Shown here: piece after piece, positions 17,087-26,833 of the stretch
Layout: the number at the start of each line of letters is the position of its first letter
Position numbering within the stretch: position 1 is the stretch's first letter
From: a virus
Taxonomy: Duplodnaviria > Caudoviricetes
IMG/VR virus record: IMGVR_UViG_3300032257_000036
Coordinates: 1-42,260 of that record
Reading direction: 5' to 3' (one strand)
DNA length: 42,260 nt
Notes under the pieces: generated by a model
Told to the model about the DNA's origin: nothing
What the model saw: only the letters and a program-made list of their open reading frames with translations
Database searches by the model: none
Translations under genes and position numbers: made by a program

Positions 17087-17771
17087 TTAGCGGGTCTGTG
17101 TTGATCGCGTTAGATCTTTTAGGAAGCCATGATTCGCGTTCCTGTTTTTGAGTTAAGTATTTAGCCGCGCGAGAAATTGACTTATCAAAGGCTGTTCTTG
17201 AAAATTTATTTTGCATTTGCGACTTTATTAGCTCAGTGGCCGCTGGCACTAAAGCTCTAAATACTACATCTTTAAACGGAAAAGTGTCAGTTAGCAAGGT
17301 TAGCTCTAGATCCTTATCGTACCAGTATGTAAAAACCTTTCCTGATTCTGTACTGGTGGGTATACGATCTAAATATAATTCGCCATCAGTTTCCCTAATG
17401 CTGGCATTTTGGGGTAAGCCCGTATAGTCAGAAGGGATGGTTTGATCTACCACCATTTGAAGGTACCCGCCAGGATATTCTGTAATATAATCACCGTTGG
17501 TTTGATCGATTAATGGGTATCTAAGCTGGTTTAAATCTGACGCTAGACTATAATCCCTGTCGCTCGCAGTTAGTGTAATTGATGAGCTGGCTAACTCTTC
17601 AGGAAAGGGTTCGCTTGATAGTGAATATAATTCATCAACAAGTTCATTCCACACTTGAATAGCAATATTAATCGGGATCTGTTTTCCGCCAGACGTAAGC
17701 GTGGAAAGATCGCTATTAATGATCTGAAGGCGCTTTAATGCCTCATTTACGCCGTTAAGCAGGGTTGCCAT
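17076..17771 (-). CDS. Head-tail adaptor (tail tubular protein A-like)
   Basis: MATLLNGVNEALKRL adaptor-type N-terminus; synteny. Confidence 0.75.
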   Translation of the reverse strand: MATLLNGVNEALKRLQIINSDLSTLTSGGKQIPINIAIQVWNELVDELYSLSSEPFPEELASSSITLTASDRDYSLASDLNQLRYPLIDQTNGDYITEYPGGYLQMVVDQTIPSDYTGLPQNASIRETDGELYLDRIPTSTESGKVFTYWYDKDLELTLLTDTFPFKDVVFRALVPAATELIKSQMQNKFSRTAFDKSISRAAKYLTQKQERESWLPKRSNAINTDPLNAD

Positions 17772-18252
17772 TAACGGCCTTCATTAGGTCTGATTTTTTC
17801 ATTCCAAAAGAATTGATGCCTTTTTCTTTGGCGATACTTCTTAGTTCTGACATTTTCATATCTTTATTCATTAAAGCTTTTAAGGATTCAATTTCTTTTT
17901 TTAACGCAGTGTTTTCGTCTTCCTTTTCTGTTGCTTTATTTTTTGCCTCAATAACGGAATTGTAGTCGATTGATTTATTTTTAGTGGCGTGGTCTTTTTC
18001 TTTAGGGTAAACCTCGGTGGATACATTTCCCTTTTCGTCTTTAACTGCCACCATTTGAAAAATGGAATCACCGTCAGGCAAGGGTCGAGTAACATCAATC
18101 CCGTGGCCCTCAATCAATGAGACCAGCTTTGTTTTTGGTGAAGCTGGATTATACTCAACACCGTAAGCTTTGAGTATATTCTTGCAATGAGTACGTCGAA
18201 GCTTCTCTACTTCATTTCGTGAATCCGTAGAAACTAACTGTGAAATATGCAT
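17755..18252 (-). CDS. Protein with HeH/Rho-N-like motifs
   Basis: C-terminal MSELRSIAKEKGINSFGMKKSDLMKAV; similar N-terminal segment LKAYGV...KTKLVSLI. Confidence 0.6.
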   Translation of the reverse strand: MHISQLVSTDSRNEVEKLRRTHCKNILKAYGVEYNPASPKTKLVSLIEGHGIDVTRPLPDGDSIFQMVAVKDEKGNVSTEVYPKEKDHATKNKSIDYNSVIEAKNKATEKEDENTALKKEIESLKALMNKDMKMSELRSIAKEKGINSFGMKKSDLMKAVNGNPA

Positions 18253-18261
18253 TGTAACTCC

Positions 18262-18285
18262 TAAGCGGGGGCTTTCGCCCCCTTA
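18262..18285 (-). promoter_or_regulatory. GAAA-tetraloop hairpin after the capsid gene (attenuator/processing site)
   Basis: Minus strand TAAGGGGGC-GAAA-GCCCCCGCTTA; no U-tract; adjacent to the next RBS. Confidence 0.6.
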
Positions 18286-18288
18286 TGT

Positions 18289-19365
18289 TTAAAGAGAGGT
18301 AGCACCAGAACGAATGCCACGACCCCAATTACTATTGAGTACCGCGCCAGTGTGCCAAGCTTTCCAAGCCATCGTCATAATTTCATCGTATGGATCAGAT
18401 GAACCACCTGAACCTAACCCTTTAACGATTAATTCAACTGGACCAAGATCGTCACCAGCCATAAACGTACCGTCAGGGAAAGTTTGACCAAAACCAACAG
18501 AGCCAATACAATCTTGGCCGTAAATTACTGTTGTGTATAAGTCAACACTTGAGGTCCCGTTTAAGCCTGTTGAACCTAAAGTCGCACCCGCGTCAGCATC
18601 AACGCTAGCGTCTTCTGTGGATATGAAGCGAACCGCCTTACCTGCAACTGATAGAGTGCCAAATTCTCCCATCACAGTATTGGTTTGGCCTGCGTAAGTC
18701 TCAACGCCTTTAAACCCACTCAAACCAGCGATATCTACCGCTACGTCTGGGTGAGTAATACCCCAAAAAGCGGGAAGAATCGGTGCAGTGCCAACATTGG
18801 TTGATCCAGTTGTCATTGGCGTAAAAGTGATTGCAGAATTGGTATCTAAAGTGTTTATAACTTTTTTGATATCGTTTAACGTGATTGCACTATCAGTCGT
18901 ACCATCAGAGGTATCACCAGAGGCCTGAATTAATGTTAAGTTATCTTCCGCAATATTTCGCTGAAGCTGGTTTAACGATTGACCTGCATTAATACCTAAA
19001 ACTTCAACAATTTTGTCAGTTTGACCGTTGAAGTTGAAAACATCAGCTTCCTCATTGAGGATAACAAAGTTTCCGTATTTTGATACTGTTGCAGTAACGT
19101 TAGAAACAGACAATGCGGCAGAATCACGGCCTTGCATGTAACTTGCTGCACCAGTTAATTCTGATAGCGCGGTGGTTGACGCGGATAAGTTTTCAATGCG
19201 TCTCCACGATACTGTTGCTGATCCGCGTTTCTTTTCTAACTCGCCAGGATTTGTACCTAAAAAATAAGGCGCGCGTACTTTGGCGTTTCGTAGTAATGTT
19301 TGTTGAAATACAACATTGACGGGTTTTGGTAATTCCGCGTCTGTTGCTGAGATGGTAAGAGCCAT
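18289..19365 (-). CDS. Major capsid protein, N4-gp56 family
   Basis: WRR, ATVSKYG, HPD, DPY...AWKAW motifs; AAGGAG RBS. Confidence 0.85.
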   Translation of the reverse strand: MALTISATDAELPKPVNVVFQQTLLRNAKVRAPYFLGTNPGELEKKRGSATVSWRRIENLSASTTALSELTGAASYMQGRDSAALSVSNVTATVSKYGNFVILNEEADVFNFNGQTDKIVEVLGINAGQSLNQLQRNIAEDNLTLIQASGDTSDGTTDSAITLNDIKKVINTLDTNSAITFTPMTTGSTNVGTAPILPAFWGITHPDVAVDIAGLSGFKGVETYAGQTNTVMGEFGTLSVAGKAVRFISTEDASVDADAGATLGSTGLNGTSSVDLYTTVIYGQDCIGSVGFGQTFPDGTFMAGDDLGPVELIVKGLGSGGSSDPYDEIMTMAWKAWHTGAVLNSNWGRGIRSGATSL

Positions 19366-19376
19366 GGTTTTTCTCC

Positions 19377-19949
19377 TTAGCCTTTCCTTAACCCTTTTTT
19401 ATACATTTGAAATTGTAAATCTGTCATTTCTGAAAAATTCGGGGTTTCGGTTTCAGGCATACTTGTTGATGCACTATGAACCGCCGCCGCTAGGTCATTA
19501 CTGGTTTGGGTTGCTTTATTGTCAATGGATATCTCGTCCTTTAGCTCTTTGAGTGCTTGACGCTGTGCAAGCTCCCACGCTCTAGGGTTTTGATGTCGAT
19601 ATTCAAAGGCTTTTTTTACGCTTGGGTTTTCGACCGCATACGCTTCTAGGAATCCTCTTGTCATACGATAAGATAGATCACCATCTTTTATGCCGCTTTG
19701 AAGTTCGGTAACAGCTTTTTTAATATCTGCCTCCTCTTCTTCTGCTTGGCGCCTTTGCCTTTCTTCATTAACATAAGAAACCACATCATCAATATTACTA
19801 GCTTGTGGTTGTTCTGCTGGTTTAGGTGTTTCTTGATTAGAATCGAATTGACTCAACAATTCGTCTAAGCTTTCTTCCTGTGCACCACTGCCCTCAGTCA
19901 CCTGATTATCAGGCGCGTTGGATGAGTTAGTCACGGCTTGCTCACTCAT
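19377..19949 (-). CDS. Scaffolding protein
   Basis: Acidic, helical; upstream of the capsid gene; start at MSEQAV with AGGAGA RBS. Confidence 0.75.
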   Translation of the reverse strand: MSEQAVTNSSNAPDNQVTEGSGAQEESLDELLSQFDSNQETPKPAEQPQASNIDDVVSYVNEERQRRQAEEEEADIKKAVTELQSGIKDGDLSYRMTRGFLEAYAVENPSVKKAFEYRHQNPRAWELAQRQALKELKDEISIDNKATQTSNDLAAAVHSASTSMPETETPNFSEMTDLQFQMYKKGLRKG

Positions 19950-20157
19950 AAATTTCTCCTTTGAGAATAGATAGGATGTAGTCGTTCTCTTCTGAACGAC
20001 CACTTTCATAAATCATTTTATTAATAGCGCTTTGTTCGTTATTGGTAGGTCTATACTTGTGTGGGGTCCGCTGTAACGAGTCCAGGAGACTGCGAAAGAT
20101 TAGATCCTTGTTCAGCCTGGTTAATAGCGCCCTCTGATCTGAGGAGAGTGTCAACAT
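19942..20157 (-). CDS. Small head-associated hypothetical protein
   Basis: Between portal and scaffold; overlaps the portal 3' end. Confidence 0.55.
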   Translation of the reverse strand: MLTLSSDQRALLTRLNKDLIFRSLLDSLQRTPHKYRPTNNEQSAINKMIYESGRSEENDYILSILKGEIYE

Positions 20158-21874
20158 CAGTCCATCCACCTTCTCTTAAAATTTGGTCAACAACTTTATT
20201 TAAATCTAAACTTGCTTCCCTTCCTGTTTGTAATGCAATATTGTCTACTTGTAGCGCTAATTGCATTGAGTTTAATCTTTGGTCACGTTTAGCTTGTTCT
20301 TCTGCTGGACCACCAGATCCGTGCGCTTCAAAAACAACGGTCTCTGGTAGTTTTGATTTATCAATATCAACAAACCCGTTGTAAGCATCGATATATATTT
20401 CTGACTGGCCTAAGTGCTTCGATCCCATTTTGTAAGCTAAGTCCAGCCAGCGCGTTAAGCCACCTTTTAAGCTGGATCTAACATAATCAACAGTCCTTAC
20501 TGTGCCTTGAGTTATTTCTGCATCTTTTGCAAAGGCTGTGGTATGGGATTTTGTTTGTGCGCCTAATCTAGGAGCGTTAACGCCAGTAACATCAAAATAC
20601 TGTTGTAGCAATCCAACATAAACTTGTAAAAGCGCAGTAGGATTACCTATGTCTATTTTTTCAATAGGATCAGCGCTTGGTATGCAAGCGCCAGGATAAA
20701 GTATAGGCCCACCATTCGCGGCTAGTCGTGGATCATCAGGGCTATATCTTAACGCTGGTTGCGCATCGTAGGCCCCAGCCATAAGCAGTCGCGTTAATGC
20801 GTCCGTTGCGGCTATCTGAATTGGTCGCCCTTTCATTAAAGGCGAAGCCGCATAAGGGGTATCGACATGCTCTGAATGGTATGGAAATTCTATATAAGTT
20901 GACTCTGAGGCGTCTTTTTGTCTGAATCTCACTACACGACTAACTGTGCTTTTATCTTTCACTCCTACCACAACGGTAACAATTGCGTTTGGATAATGGA
21001 GTGTCTCAGTTGAACTTATAGGAACTAAAAGACCGCCCTCATATTCTAGTAATTGAACATTTCCAGAATCATCACCCTTTAGGTCTTTTAGCTGAGCCCT
21101 CATCCAGCCGCCGTCGTCCTTTTTTGGATCTGAAGATCCATCTTTGGCAGCGAGAATTAAATCTTCTATTCGTTGTGTTTTCTCAAAAATAACCGCTGGC
21201 GCGATTAAATGACCTTCATTCATTAAGCTGTAAGGATTATCATCCAGGTAGGTTTCTTTTATTGACCTTGGTATTAACACAGGTAAGACTTGATCTTGTC
21301 TCGTTACGCCACGTGATTTATCTTGGAATACTGATTTTTTTACTAATCTTGCTCGACCTACTCCCATTCCGTACTTAAAAGACTCTGCATTAATTGCATC
21401 AACATTAGAGTGAAAATCGTATTGCCTGTGCCAGTGATTAACGACACCCGTAACGAGTTTATCCGCTCCGTCTTGATCTATTGATGTTGGTACTTCGTTT
21501 TTGTCTCCTGATATTAATGCGGATAGATCGGTGGTTTCTAAAAAATCATCCGTTAAATTGACGTGGGAAACAAACCACGGACCAGAGTCTGGAAACATCA
21601 TCCGCCTTGCATCTGCGGTTAAAACCTCTAATGTTTGTGATTGTAATGGAAGTTCTAACTCAGGTATCCATGCAGACTTACTATCCCTTCGCCCCTGAGA
21701 GTCTAGCTTAAGCGACTTATCAGGCTCCATCCTTAATTGGCGATCTATTTCTTTCCATTCTTTTTCTAAAATAATCCTTCGTGATTTTCTCTTTGACCAT
21801 TCAGAGATCACAAAGTCAGCAATTTTATTAAAGTCGGTTGATCCTGGTTTTTCTTTTTTTATAACTTCAGCCAT
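20051..21874 (-). CDS. Portal protein
   Basis: ~607 aa; KYGMGVG and TGVNAPRLG..T..TA motifs; synteny after terL. Confidence 0.85.
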   Translation of the reverse strand: MAEVIKKEKPGSTDFNKIADFVISEWSKRKSRRIILEKEWKEIDRQLRMEPDKSLKLDSQGRRDSKSAWIPELELPLQSQTLEVLTADARRMMFPDSGPWFVSHVNLTDDFLETTDLSALISGDKNEVPTSIDQDGADKLVTGVVNHWHRQYDFHSNVDAINAESFKYGMGVGRARLVKKSVFQDKSRGVTRQDQVLPVLIPRSIKETYLDDNPYSLMNEGHLIAPAVIFEKTQRIEDLILAAKDGSSDPKKDDGGWMRAQLKDLKGDDSGNVQLLEYEGGLLVPISSTETLHYPNAIVTVVVGVKDKSTVSRVVRFRQKDASESTYIEFPYHSEHVDTPYAASPLMKGRPIQIAATDALTRLLMAGAYDAQPALRYSPDDPRLAANGGPILYPGACIPSADPIEKIDIGNPTALLQVYVGLLQQYFDVTGVNAPRLGAQTKSHTTAFAKDAEITQGTVRTVDYVRSSLKGGLTRWLDLAYKMGSKHLGQSEIYIDAYNGFVDIDKSKLPETVVFEAHGSGGPAEEQAKRDQRLNSMQLALQVDNIALQTGREASLDLNKVVDQILREGGWTDVDTLLRSEGAINQAEQGSNLSQSPGLVTADPTQV

Positions 21875-22211
21875 TGATGCGGCCCGTCTTAAGGTTTTTA
21901 TCAATAAATTCTTTAGCTTGACTTAAAGCCGTGTTAACTCTTGCTTGTTGTTTTTGGTCTTTTGTTAAATTCAAATTAGTATCGTGCATAGACTCAAACT
22001 CCATCCAGGACCCGCCGTCAATTTTTCCTTTAGAGGCTTTTGTTGCGATAAACCATGCAGTTTGATAATACCCCCATGGGTAATCTAAAGGCCTGTCTGT
22101 TTCTAAATCACTTTCCGCGATAAAAATAGTTCCCATTTTTTCATCAATTTTCATTAAGGGCCTTAAGCCCTTCGCTGGAAGAAATTTCTGCTCTAATTCT
22201 GTTTCTGTCAC
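21867..22211 (-). CDS. Hypothetical protein
   Basis: Coupled ORF between terL and portal. Confidence 0.7.
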   Translation of the reverse strand: MTETELEQKFLPAKGLRPLMKIDEKMGTIFIAESDLETDRPLDYPWGYYQTAWFIATKASKGKIDGGSWMEFESMHDTNLNLTKDQKQQARVNTALSQAKEFIDKNLKTGRING

Positions 22212-23686
22212 ATGCTCACCATAGCTTTTGATGGGGGTGGTCTTTGCTGTTGTCCGACAATTGTTGTCGCGTAACGCTTCATCATTAGCGCGTACATAAA
22301 AGCTTTTAATGCATCATCTCTGACTTTTGTTAACTTGCCGTCTTTTCGATGGTAGTTTCTGTATTCGTCAAAAAAATCAGTACACGATTCATCAACCTTT
22401 AGCCCTCCGTTCCTGAGTCTTTCTTGCATTTCTAATAAAATAGGCTCCACGGGTTGAGCGCCACCTTTTTCGTTTTTATATCTCGCTGATTGGGAAAGTA
22501 GCTTAACGCCATGATTCACATAGATGTCTTTTAGTCGTTGGCCGTTGGACTTTTCTCTGTTAGTGCCATCGTGAGGCCACGAAACAGGAACCCAAGGATT
22601 AACTTTATTAATTAACTGGCTGTGTTCTTCTGAAGACAAACCTTTTGCTTTTTTCGCCCGCGTTATGTAAATAATATCCTTATCGCGATCCCAGCATATA
22701 TCTACCGTAGCGCAAGGGTGATCAATCCCAAAATCAATGCCTTTTATTTTCGCGAAATAGTGCGGGATACCTCTTGGAAATAGTTTTTTAATATTAACTT
22801 TAATTTCTGACTCTGGTGTTGTGAAAACTCTTCCCTCACCCATCATAGGCACACCTGACGTTCTGGATTCTATTTCGTGATCGGGGTAAGAGCCTTTTAA
22901 TTCTTCCCTTGCTTTTTTATTTAAATGAGGCGCGTCTTCCCAAGTGGCGGTATCTAAATAAATACTCTTGCCGCCTTTTTGAAAGTGCTCAACTAATCTT
23001 GTCACGCCCAGCAAGGGTGTGAAGGTCACCATTAAAATACCATTAGAGGTTAATAGTCTGGTAAGTGCTTCAGGATAAATTCGTCCTTGTACTTCGTTGT
23101 CTTCGGGTTCTTCGTCCATCCAAACAACGTGCGGCTCGGTTCCTTGCCACTTTCTCCATCCTTGTTCGTAAGTTTTTAAAACACAAGTTGAATCGCCATT
23201 ATAAACGCCGTTAGTAAAGTGTTTTACTTTAAACACATCCACAACATCGGAAATACCCGCTTGCTTATTTTTTGGTTTACCAGAAAAACAATGTCTAGGT
23301 ATCCATCCTGTACCTAATGAATCTTTAGTTGTTCCACCAAGTAATGACTTTTGTATAATGTCTCTTGAGGTTTCGTTAGTGGGTGAACCGGTCCAGAGCA
23401 ATATTGGATGATTAAATCTTTTCCCTTTCCACCAGTTAGGATATAACCCTGTCATATGGTAGGAAGCCTCAGCGCCCGCGGAATTAGTCTTGCCTACTCG
23501 GTTGGCTGCCATTAGCATTCTTTCGCGGTGATCTAGTCCGGCTTGGTGAAAATCAAACTGCCAGGGCTTAAGGGACCAATCACCCTTTAAAGTGTCAGGA
23601 TGGCCATAGGGTTTGTAAAACCTCAGCTTTTCGTACTTAACCGCTTTAGCAAGATCTTTAAGTACGCTTTCTTTGCTCAAACCCAA
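22208..23686 (-). CDS. terL: Terminase large subunit (P22 gp2-like)
   Basis: AANRVGKT Walker A, WMDEEP Walker B, TFTP, GIDFGIDHP, RDD nuclease motifs. Confidence 0.95.
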   Translation of the reverse strand: MGLSKESVLKDLAKAVKYEKLRFYKPYGHPDTLKGDWSLKPWQFDFHQAGLDHRERMLMAANRVGKTNSAGAEASYHMTGLYPNWWKGKRFNHPILLWTGSPTNETSRDIIQKSLLGGTTKDSLGTGWIPRHCFSGKPKNKQAGISDVVDVFKVKHFTNGVYNGDSTCVLKTYEQGWRKWQGTEPHVVWMDEEPEDNEVQGRIYPEALTRLLTSNGILMVTFTPLLGVTRLVEHFQKGGKSIYLDTATWEDAPHLNKKAREELKGSYPDHEIESRTSGVPMMGEGRVFTTPESEIKVNIKKLFPRGIPHYFAKIKGIDFGIDHPCATVDICWDRDKDIIYITRAKKAKGLSSEEHSQLINKVNPWVPVSWPHDGTNREKSNGQRLKDIYVNHGVKLLSQSARYKNEKGGAQPVEPILLEMQERLRNGGLKVDESCTDFFDEYRNYHRKDGKLTKVRDDALKAFMYALMMKRYATTIVGQQQRPPPSKAMVSM

Positions 23687-24291
23687 TGTTCCTTTACAAA
23701 CTCCTCTTCGATCTCGTGAGGCTTTTCTCTTCCGTGAAAGTAGACTATTTTTGTTTTTTTAAGTAAGTCTCGTTTCTTTTTCACGTGGCATTTATAGGAG
23801 ATCATTTGATCGGGAAAGTGATCACATAAATATTCATGAGGTATGGAGTGTAGAAACACTTGGTCATAAGTTCCTTTCTGATTGTTAATGTACTTTTCCC
23901 AAATATCAGGACGATAAGGAAAGCTCATTACTCCCGATGCCCCTTTTTCTAAATTATTAGGATCTCTTATCATGGCAAAATCGCCACTATAAGAAGCAAT
24001 ATCTTCTAGACTTCCCGTTATGACGGTATCAAGCCCCATAAATAAAACTCTACCTAGATCTAAGCGAAAGATTTCTAAAATAGGCATATAGGCAGGCAAG
24101 TTATATTTTAATGGTATCTGTTTTATGTCTTCTTTAAATTCATAGCGTTTGTCTGTGAAGCAAACAAACTGAAAATCTTTTAAATTTCTTTTAATCCCTC
24201 TGTATAGCTTATCAACCCATTCAGGTGTGAAACATTGAGAGTTTTTATTAACGTCCTTCCCTTGGAATAGTACGCATGCGATTGTGATCAA
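23677..24291 (-). CDS. Glycosyltransferase (GT-A, GT8-like phage family)
   Basis: ITIACV...FVCFTD...GLDTVITG...DQ...YFHGREKPH. Confidence 0.75.
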   Translation of the reverse strand: MITIACVLFQGKDVNKNSQCFTPEWVDKLYRGIKRNLKDFQFVCFTDKRYEFKEDIKQIPLKYNLPAYMPILEIFRLDLGRVLFMGLDTVITGSLEDIASYSGDFAMIRDPNNLEKGASGVMSFPYRPDIWEKYINNQKGTYDQVFLHSIPHEYLCDHFPDQMISYKCHVKKKRDLLKKTKIVYFHGREKPHEIEEEFVKEHWV

Positions 24292-24757
24292 CGGGATAGC
24301 CTTCTTTGTTTACTTTTCCTATTAATTGAGTTCCAGCCCACAGCCCATAAGGAGGGATGTCTTTTGTCACCACTGACCCCGCGCCTACTAAACAATATTC
24401 ACCCAGCGTTACACCGCAAATAATTGTTGTGTTAGCACCAATAGCTGCGCCTTTCTTAACAAGTGTTTTTACGATAGGTTTTTTACTAAAAGAGCGGGGA
24501 TAAAGATCGTTAGTGAAGACAATTGAAGGGCCACAAAAAACATCATCTTCTAAAGTGACCCCCTCATAAACTGAAACGTTATTTTGTATCTTGACGTTAT
24601 TTCCGATGTTTACGTTGGGTCCGATAACAACGTTTTGACCTATATTGCATTCATTACCAATTTGACAATGACTTAATATATGAGAAAAACACCAAATATT
24701 CGTGTCTTTACCAATTTGTACGTCATCATCAACAATGGATGTCTTATGTAACATCAA
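24248..24757 (-). CDS. Hexapeptide sugar N-acetyltransferase (WbpD/QdtC-like)
   Basis: Left-handed beta-helix repeats; [29 protein letters not shown]. Confidence 0.85.
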   Translation of the reverse strand: MMLHKTSIVDDDVQIGKDTNIWCFSHILSHCQIGNECNIGQNVVIGPNVNIGNNVKIQNNVSVYEGVTLEDDVFCGPSIVFTNDLYPRSFSKKPIVKTLVKKGAAIGANTTIICGVTLGEYCLVGAGSVVTKDIPPYGLWAGTQLIGKVNKEGYPVDHNRMRTIPREGR

Positions 24758-25091
24758 ACACTAAAACGCGAACCGTGGTAGAGGCTAGATCTGCTGTAGA
24801 GCCTGATTCGTTCTGTAGCCGATACTCTACCGTGTTGGCAGATTGCACGTACCCAGTTAATGTCATGTCTACTAAATCCACACCAGCGGAAACTAAAACC
24901 AAATCACCAACGGCTGCACCGTTTACAGTGACAGACCCTGTTTCACCTGTACCATCAACCAGCGAAGCGAAATTATGCGTTTCGGAGGCGAATAAAATTC
25001 CTTTTATTTCTCCCTCTGCTGTGAGTGCTTCTAAATTTTGATATTCTTTCTGATCGGTATGCCCGTATGACATATCTACCTTTTTAGCCAT
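24744..25091 (-). CDS. Small beta-sandwich structural protein (decoration/spike-like)
   Basis: [13 protein letters not shown]...GYVQSANTV pattern typical of virion beta domains. Confidence 0.55.
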   Translation of the reverse strand: MAKKVDMSYGHTDQKEYQNLEALTAEGEIKGILFASETHNFASLVDGTGETGSVTVNGAAVGDLVLVSAGVDLVDMTLTGYVQSANTVEYRLQNESGSTADLASTTVRVLVFDVT

Positions 25092-25653
25092 TTAAAATCT
25101 CCTTAGTTCGCCCTGATAGGCTTTTTACTTTACCGTTAAACATTTTTTTTGCGTTTACCCAATACCTGTCTAGATTTTGGTAGTTTGTTTTCTTCCAGTC
25201 GGGGTCAAAATAATGACCCTCTCCGCTCATAGGAACTCCCGCTAAAATTATTTCTTCATAGCCAAGAGCTAAACCGGTATACACCGCATTTAAGCCTGAC
25301 GTACCATGCCCGGGCCAGGGCCATATAGTTTGGTTTGACTTACCTACTTGGCAGGTGTGAATTGAGATCGCATTAGGGAAGTCTTTTTTTGTTCTAGGTC
25401 GTCTTGCATTGACCCATTCATTTAAAGAGTGATGATCGTTAGAGTAAGCGTGTGTGACTTCGCCAGGGAAATGCATAATCATGTCGTTAAGGCACATCAC
25501 GTTCATAGAAGATCGGAAATAATTCCCATCATTGCCTAAAACTTTACTAACATCATTCCAAACACCTCTGGATGATCCAACAATAAGCAGTGCACCAGAA
25601 TGTTGTTTTACTTTTGGTAAACGGGAATCAGGGATACCTAATTGGGTAAAAAT
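25084..25653 (-). CDS. Glycosyltransferase-like Rossmann protein (Maf/sialyltransferase-like); non-canonical start
   Basis: Frame open 49 codons upstream of the track ATG and containing ALLIVGSS..VW.D; TSGLNAV..LGYEEIILAGV motif. Confidence 0.65.
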   Translation of the reverse strand: MFTQLGIPDSRLPKVKQHSGALLIVGSSRGVWNDVSKVLGNDGNYFRSSMNVMCLNDMIMHFPGEVTHAYSNDHHSLNEWVNARRPRTKKDFPNAISIHTCQVGKSNQTIWPWPGHGTSGLNAVYTGLALGYEEIILAGVPMSGEGHYFDPDWKKTNYQNLDRYWVNAKKMFNGKVKSLSGRTKEILNG

Positions 25654-25928
25654 CTGTCTAACTCCGAAAGTGAGGCTTGATCGTCAGTTAAAATTATGTT
25701 GGCTGCTGAGATTGCTTTAGTTTTTCTGATTTCTTGGAATTCTTTTGCCACTATCTCGCTAACACTCCGATCACTCTTTAGTGCTTTTTTAATAAAATCT
25801 TGTTTTTGATCGGATGTCCAATTATTCACAATCTGGGCAAAGTCGGCAAAGGTGACATCTAAAGCAGGATCATCGTTTTCAGCTAAAAGAAAGGCAATTT
25901 TATTTCTTATTTGCGCCTTAGTACGCAT
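25638..25928 (-). CDS. Hypothetical helical protein
   Basis: Coupled to the upstream glycosyltransferase stop. Confidence 0.65.
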   Translation of the reverse strand: MRTKAQIRNKIAFLLAENDDPALDVTFADFAQIVNNWTSDQKQDFIKKALKSDRSVSEIVAKEFQEIRKTKAISAANIILTDDQASLSELDRFLPN

Positions 25929-26550
25929 ATGACCCCCAATGTTTTAGTTTTATAGTGGGATCTAATAAAATTTCACCGCCTATCTTTCTGAATCTCTCGC
26001 AAAAAGTATAATCTTCTGATAAATAAACTCGATTTTCTCCGTAACCCGTTATTTCACAATCAAACAAAGCGTGACACTCACCAATACTACCCTCGAAATG
26101 TTTGGTTGAAGGGTATTTCTTAAACATATTTTCAAACACTGACCTTTTAACCATCATGAAGCCTGTTCCAGCATAATCAACATTAAAAGGCTTGGTCTCG
26201 TTTTTAATTTCAACTAACTTATTGTCTCGCCAAGCACTTAAGGGGGCGTCTTTTCGTTTCATTGGGTAAGCTGCGACCGCGACATCAACATCTAAATTCC
26301 ATAGTTTAGAAATATCTTCGGGTGAAAATTCGATATCAGCATCAACAAACATGAACCGTTCGAAATCTGTTTTCATAAAAGTAGACACGGCGGTGTTTCT
26401 TGCCCTAGTGATTAAACTTTCGTTTTTTGTAGACAGCCATTCAAAAGGGAAATCTAATTTAGTTAACTCAATAACTGTGTTTAAACAAGATTCATGGAAA
26501 GCAGTTGTGCACATTCCGCCATACTGAGGTGTGGCAAAAAATAAACTCAT
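25918..26550 (-). CDS. Glycosyltransferase (GT-A, GT2-like)
   Basis: ATPQYGG, ESLITRARN, FVDAD, GTGFM and LSEDYTFC motifs. Confidence 0.85.
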   Translation of the reverse strand: MSLFFATPQYGGMCTTAFHESCLNTVIELTKLDFPFEWLSTKNESLITRARNTAVSTFMKTDFERFMFVDADIEFSPEDISKLWNLDVDVAVAAYPMKRKDAPLSAWRDNKLVEIKNETKPFNVDYAGTGFMMVKRSVFENMFKKYPSTKHFEGSIGECHALFDCEITGYGENRVYLSEDYTFCERFRKIGGEILLDPTIKLKHWGSYAY

Positions 26551-26732
26551 TGATAAGGCCTCACATTATTAATTGGGCAGATTTTAGAATCACACTCGCG
26601 AATCGCTTTAACAATATTTCCTTTTGCCGTTTCATCTTTTAACTCGCCACCCATACACATATAACAATGGGCGTTTATTGAATCTCTAAGGCTTGAACTC
26701 TGCAAACCCTTAGCTATAGGGTTCTTTCTCAT
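26547..26732 (-). CDS. Small Zn-binding protein (CxxC...CxxxxCP)
   Basis: CYMCMGG...ECDSKICP..RPY; AAGGTGAG RBS. Confidence 0.7.
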   Translation of the reverse strand: MRKNPIAKGLQSSSLRDSINAHCYMCMGGELKDETAKGNIVKAIRECDSKICPINNVRPYQ

Positions 26733-26833
26733 AATCTCACCTTACAAGTTGGGTGAATAAGGATTTGTGGGGCTCGTTTTGATTTTGCTGGAAGACAGAT
26801 GGGGAACCGTAGCTACATCCACGACCGAGGGGG

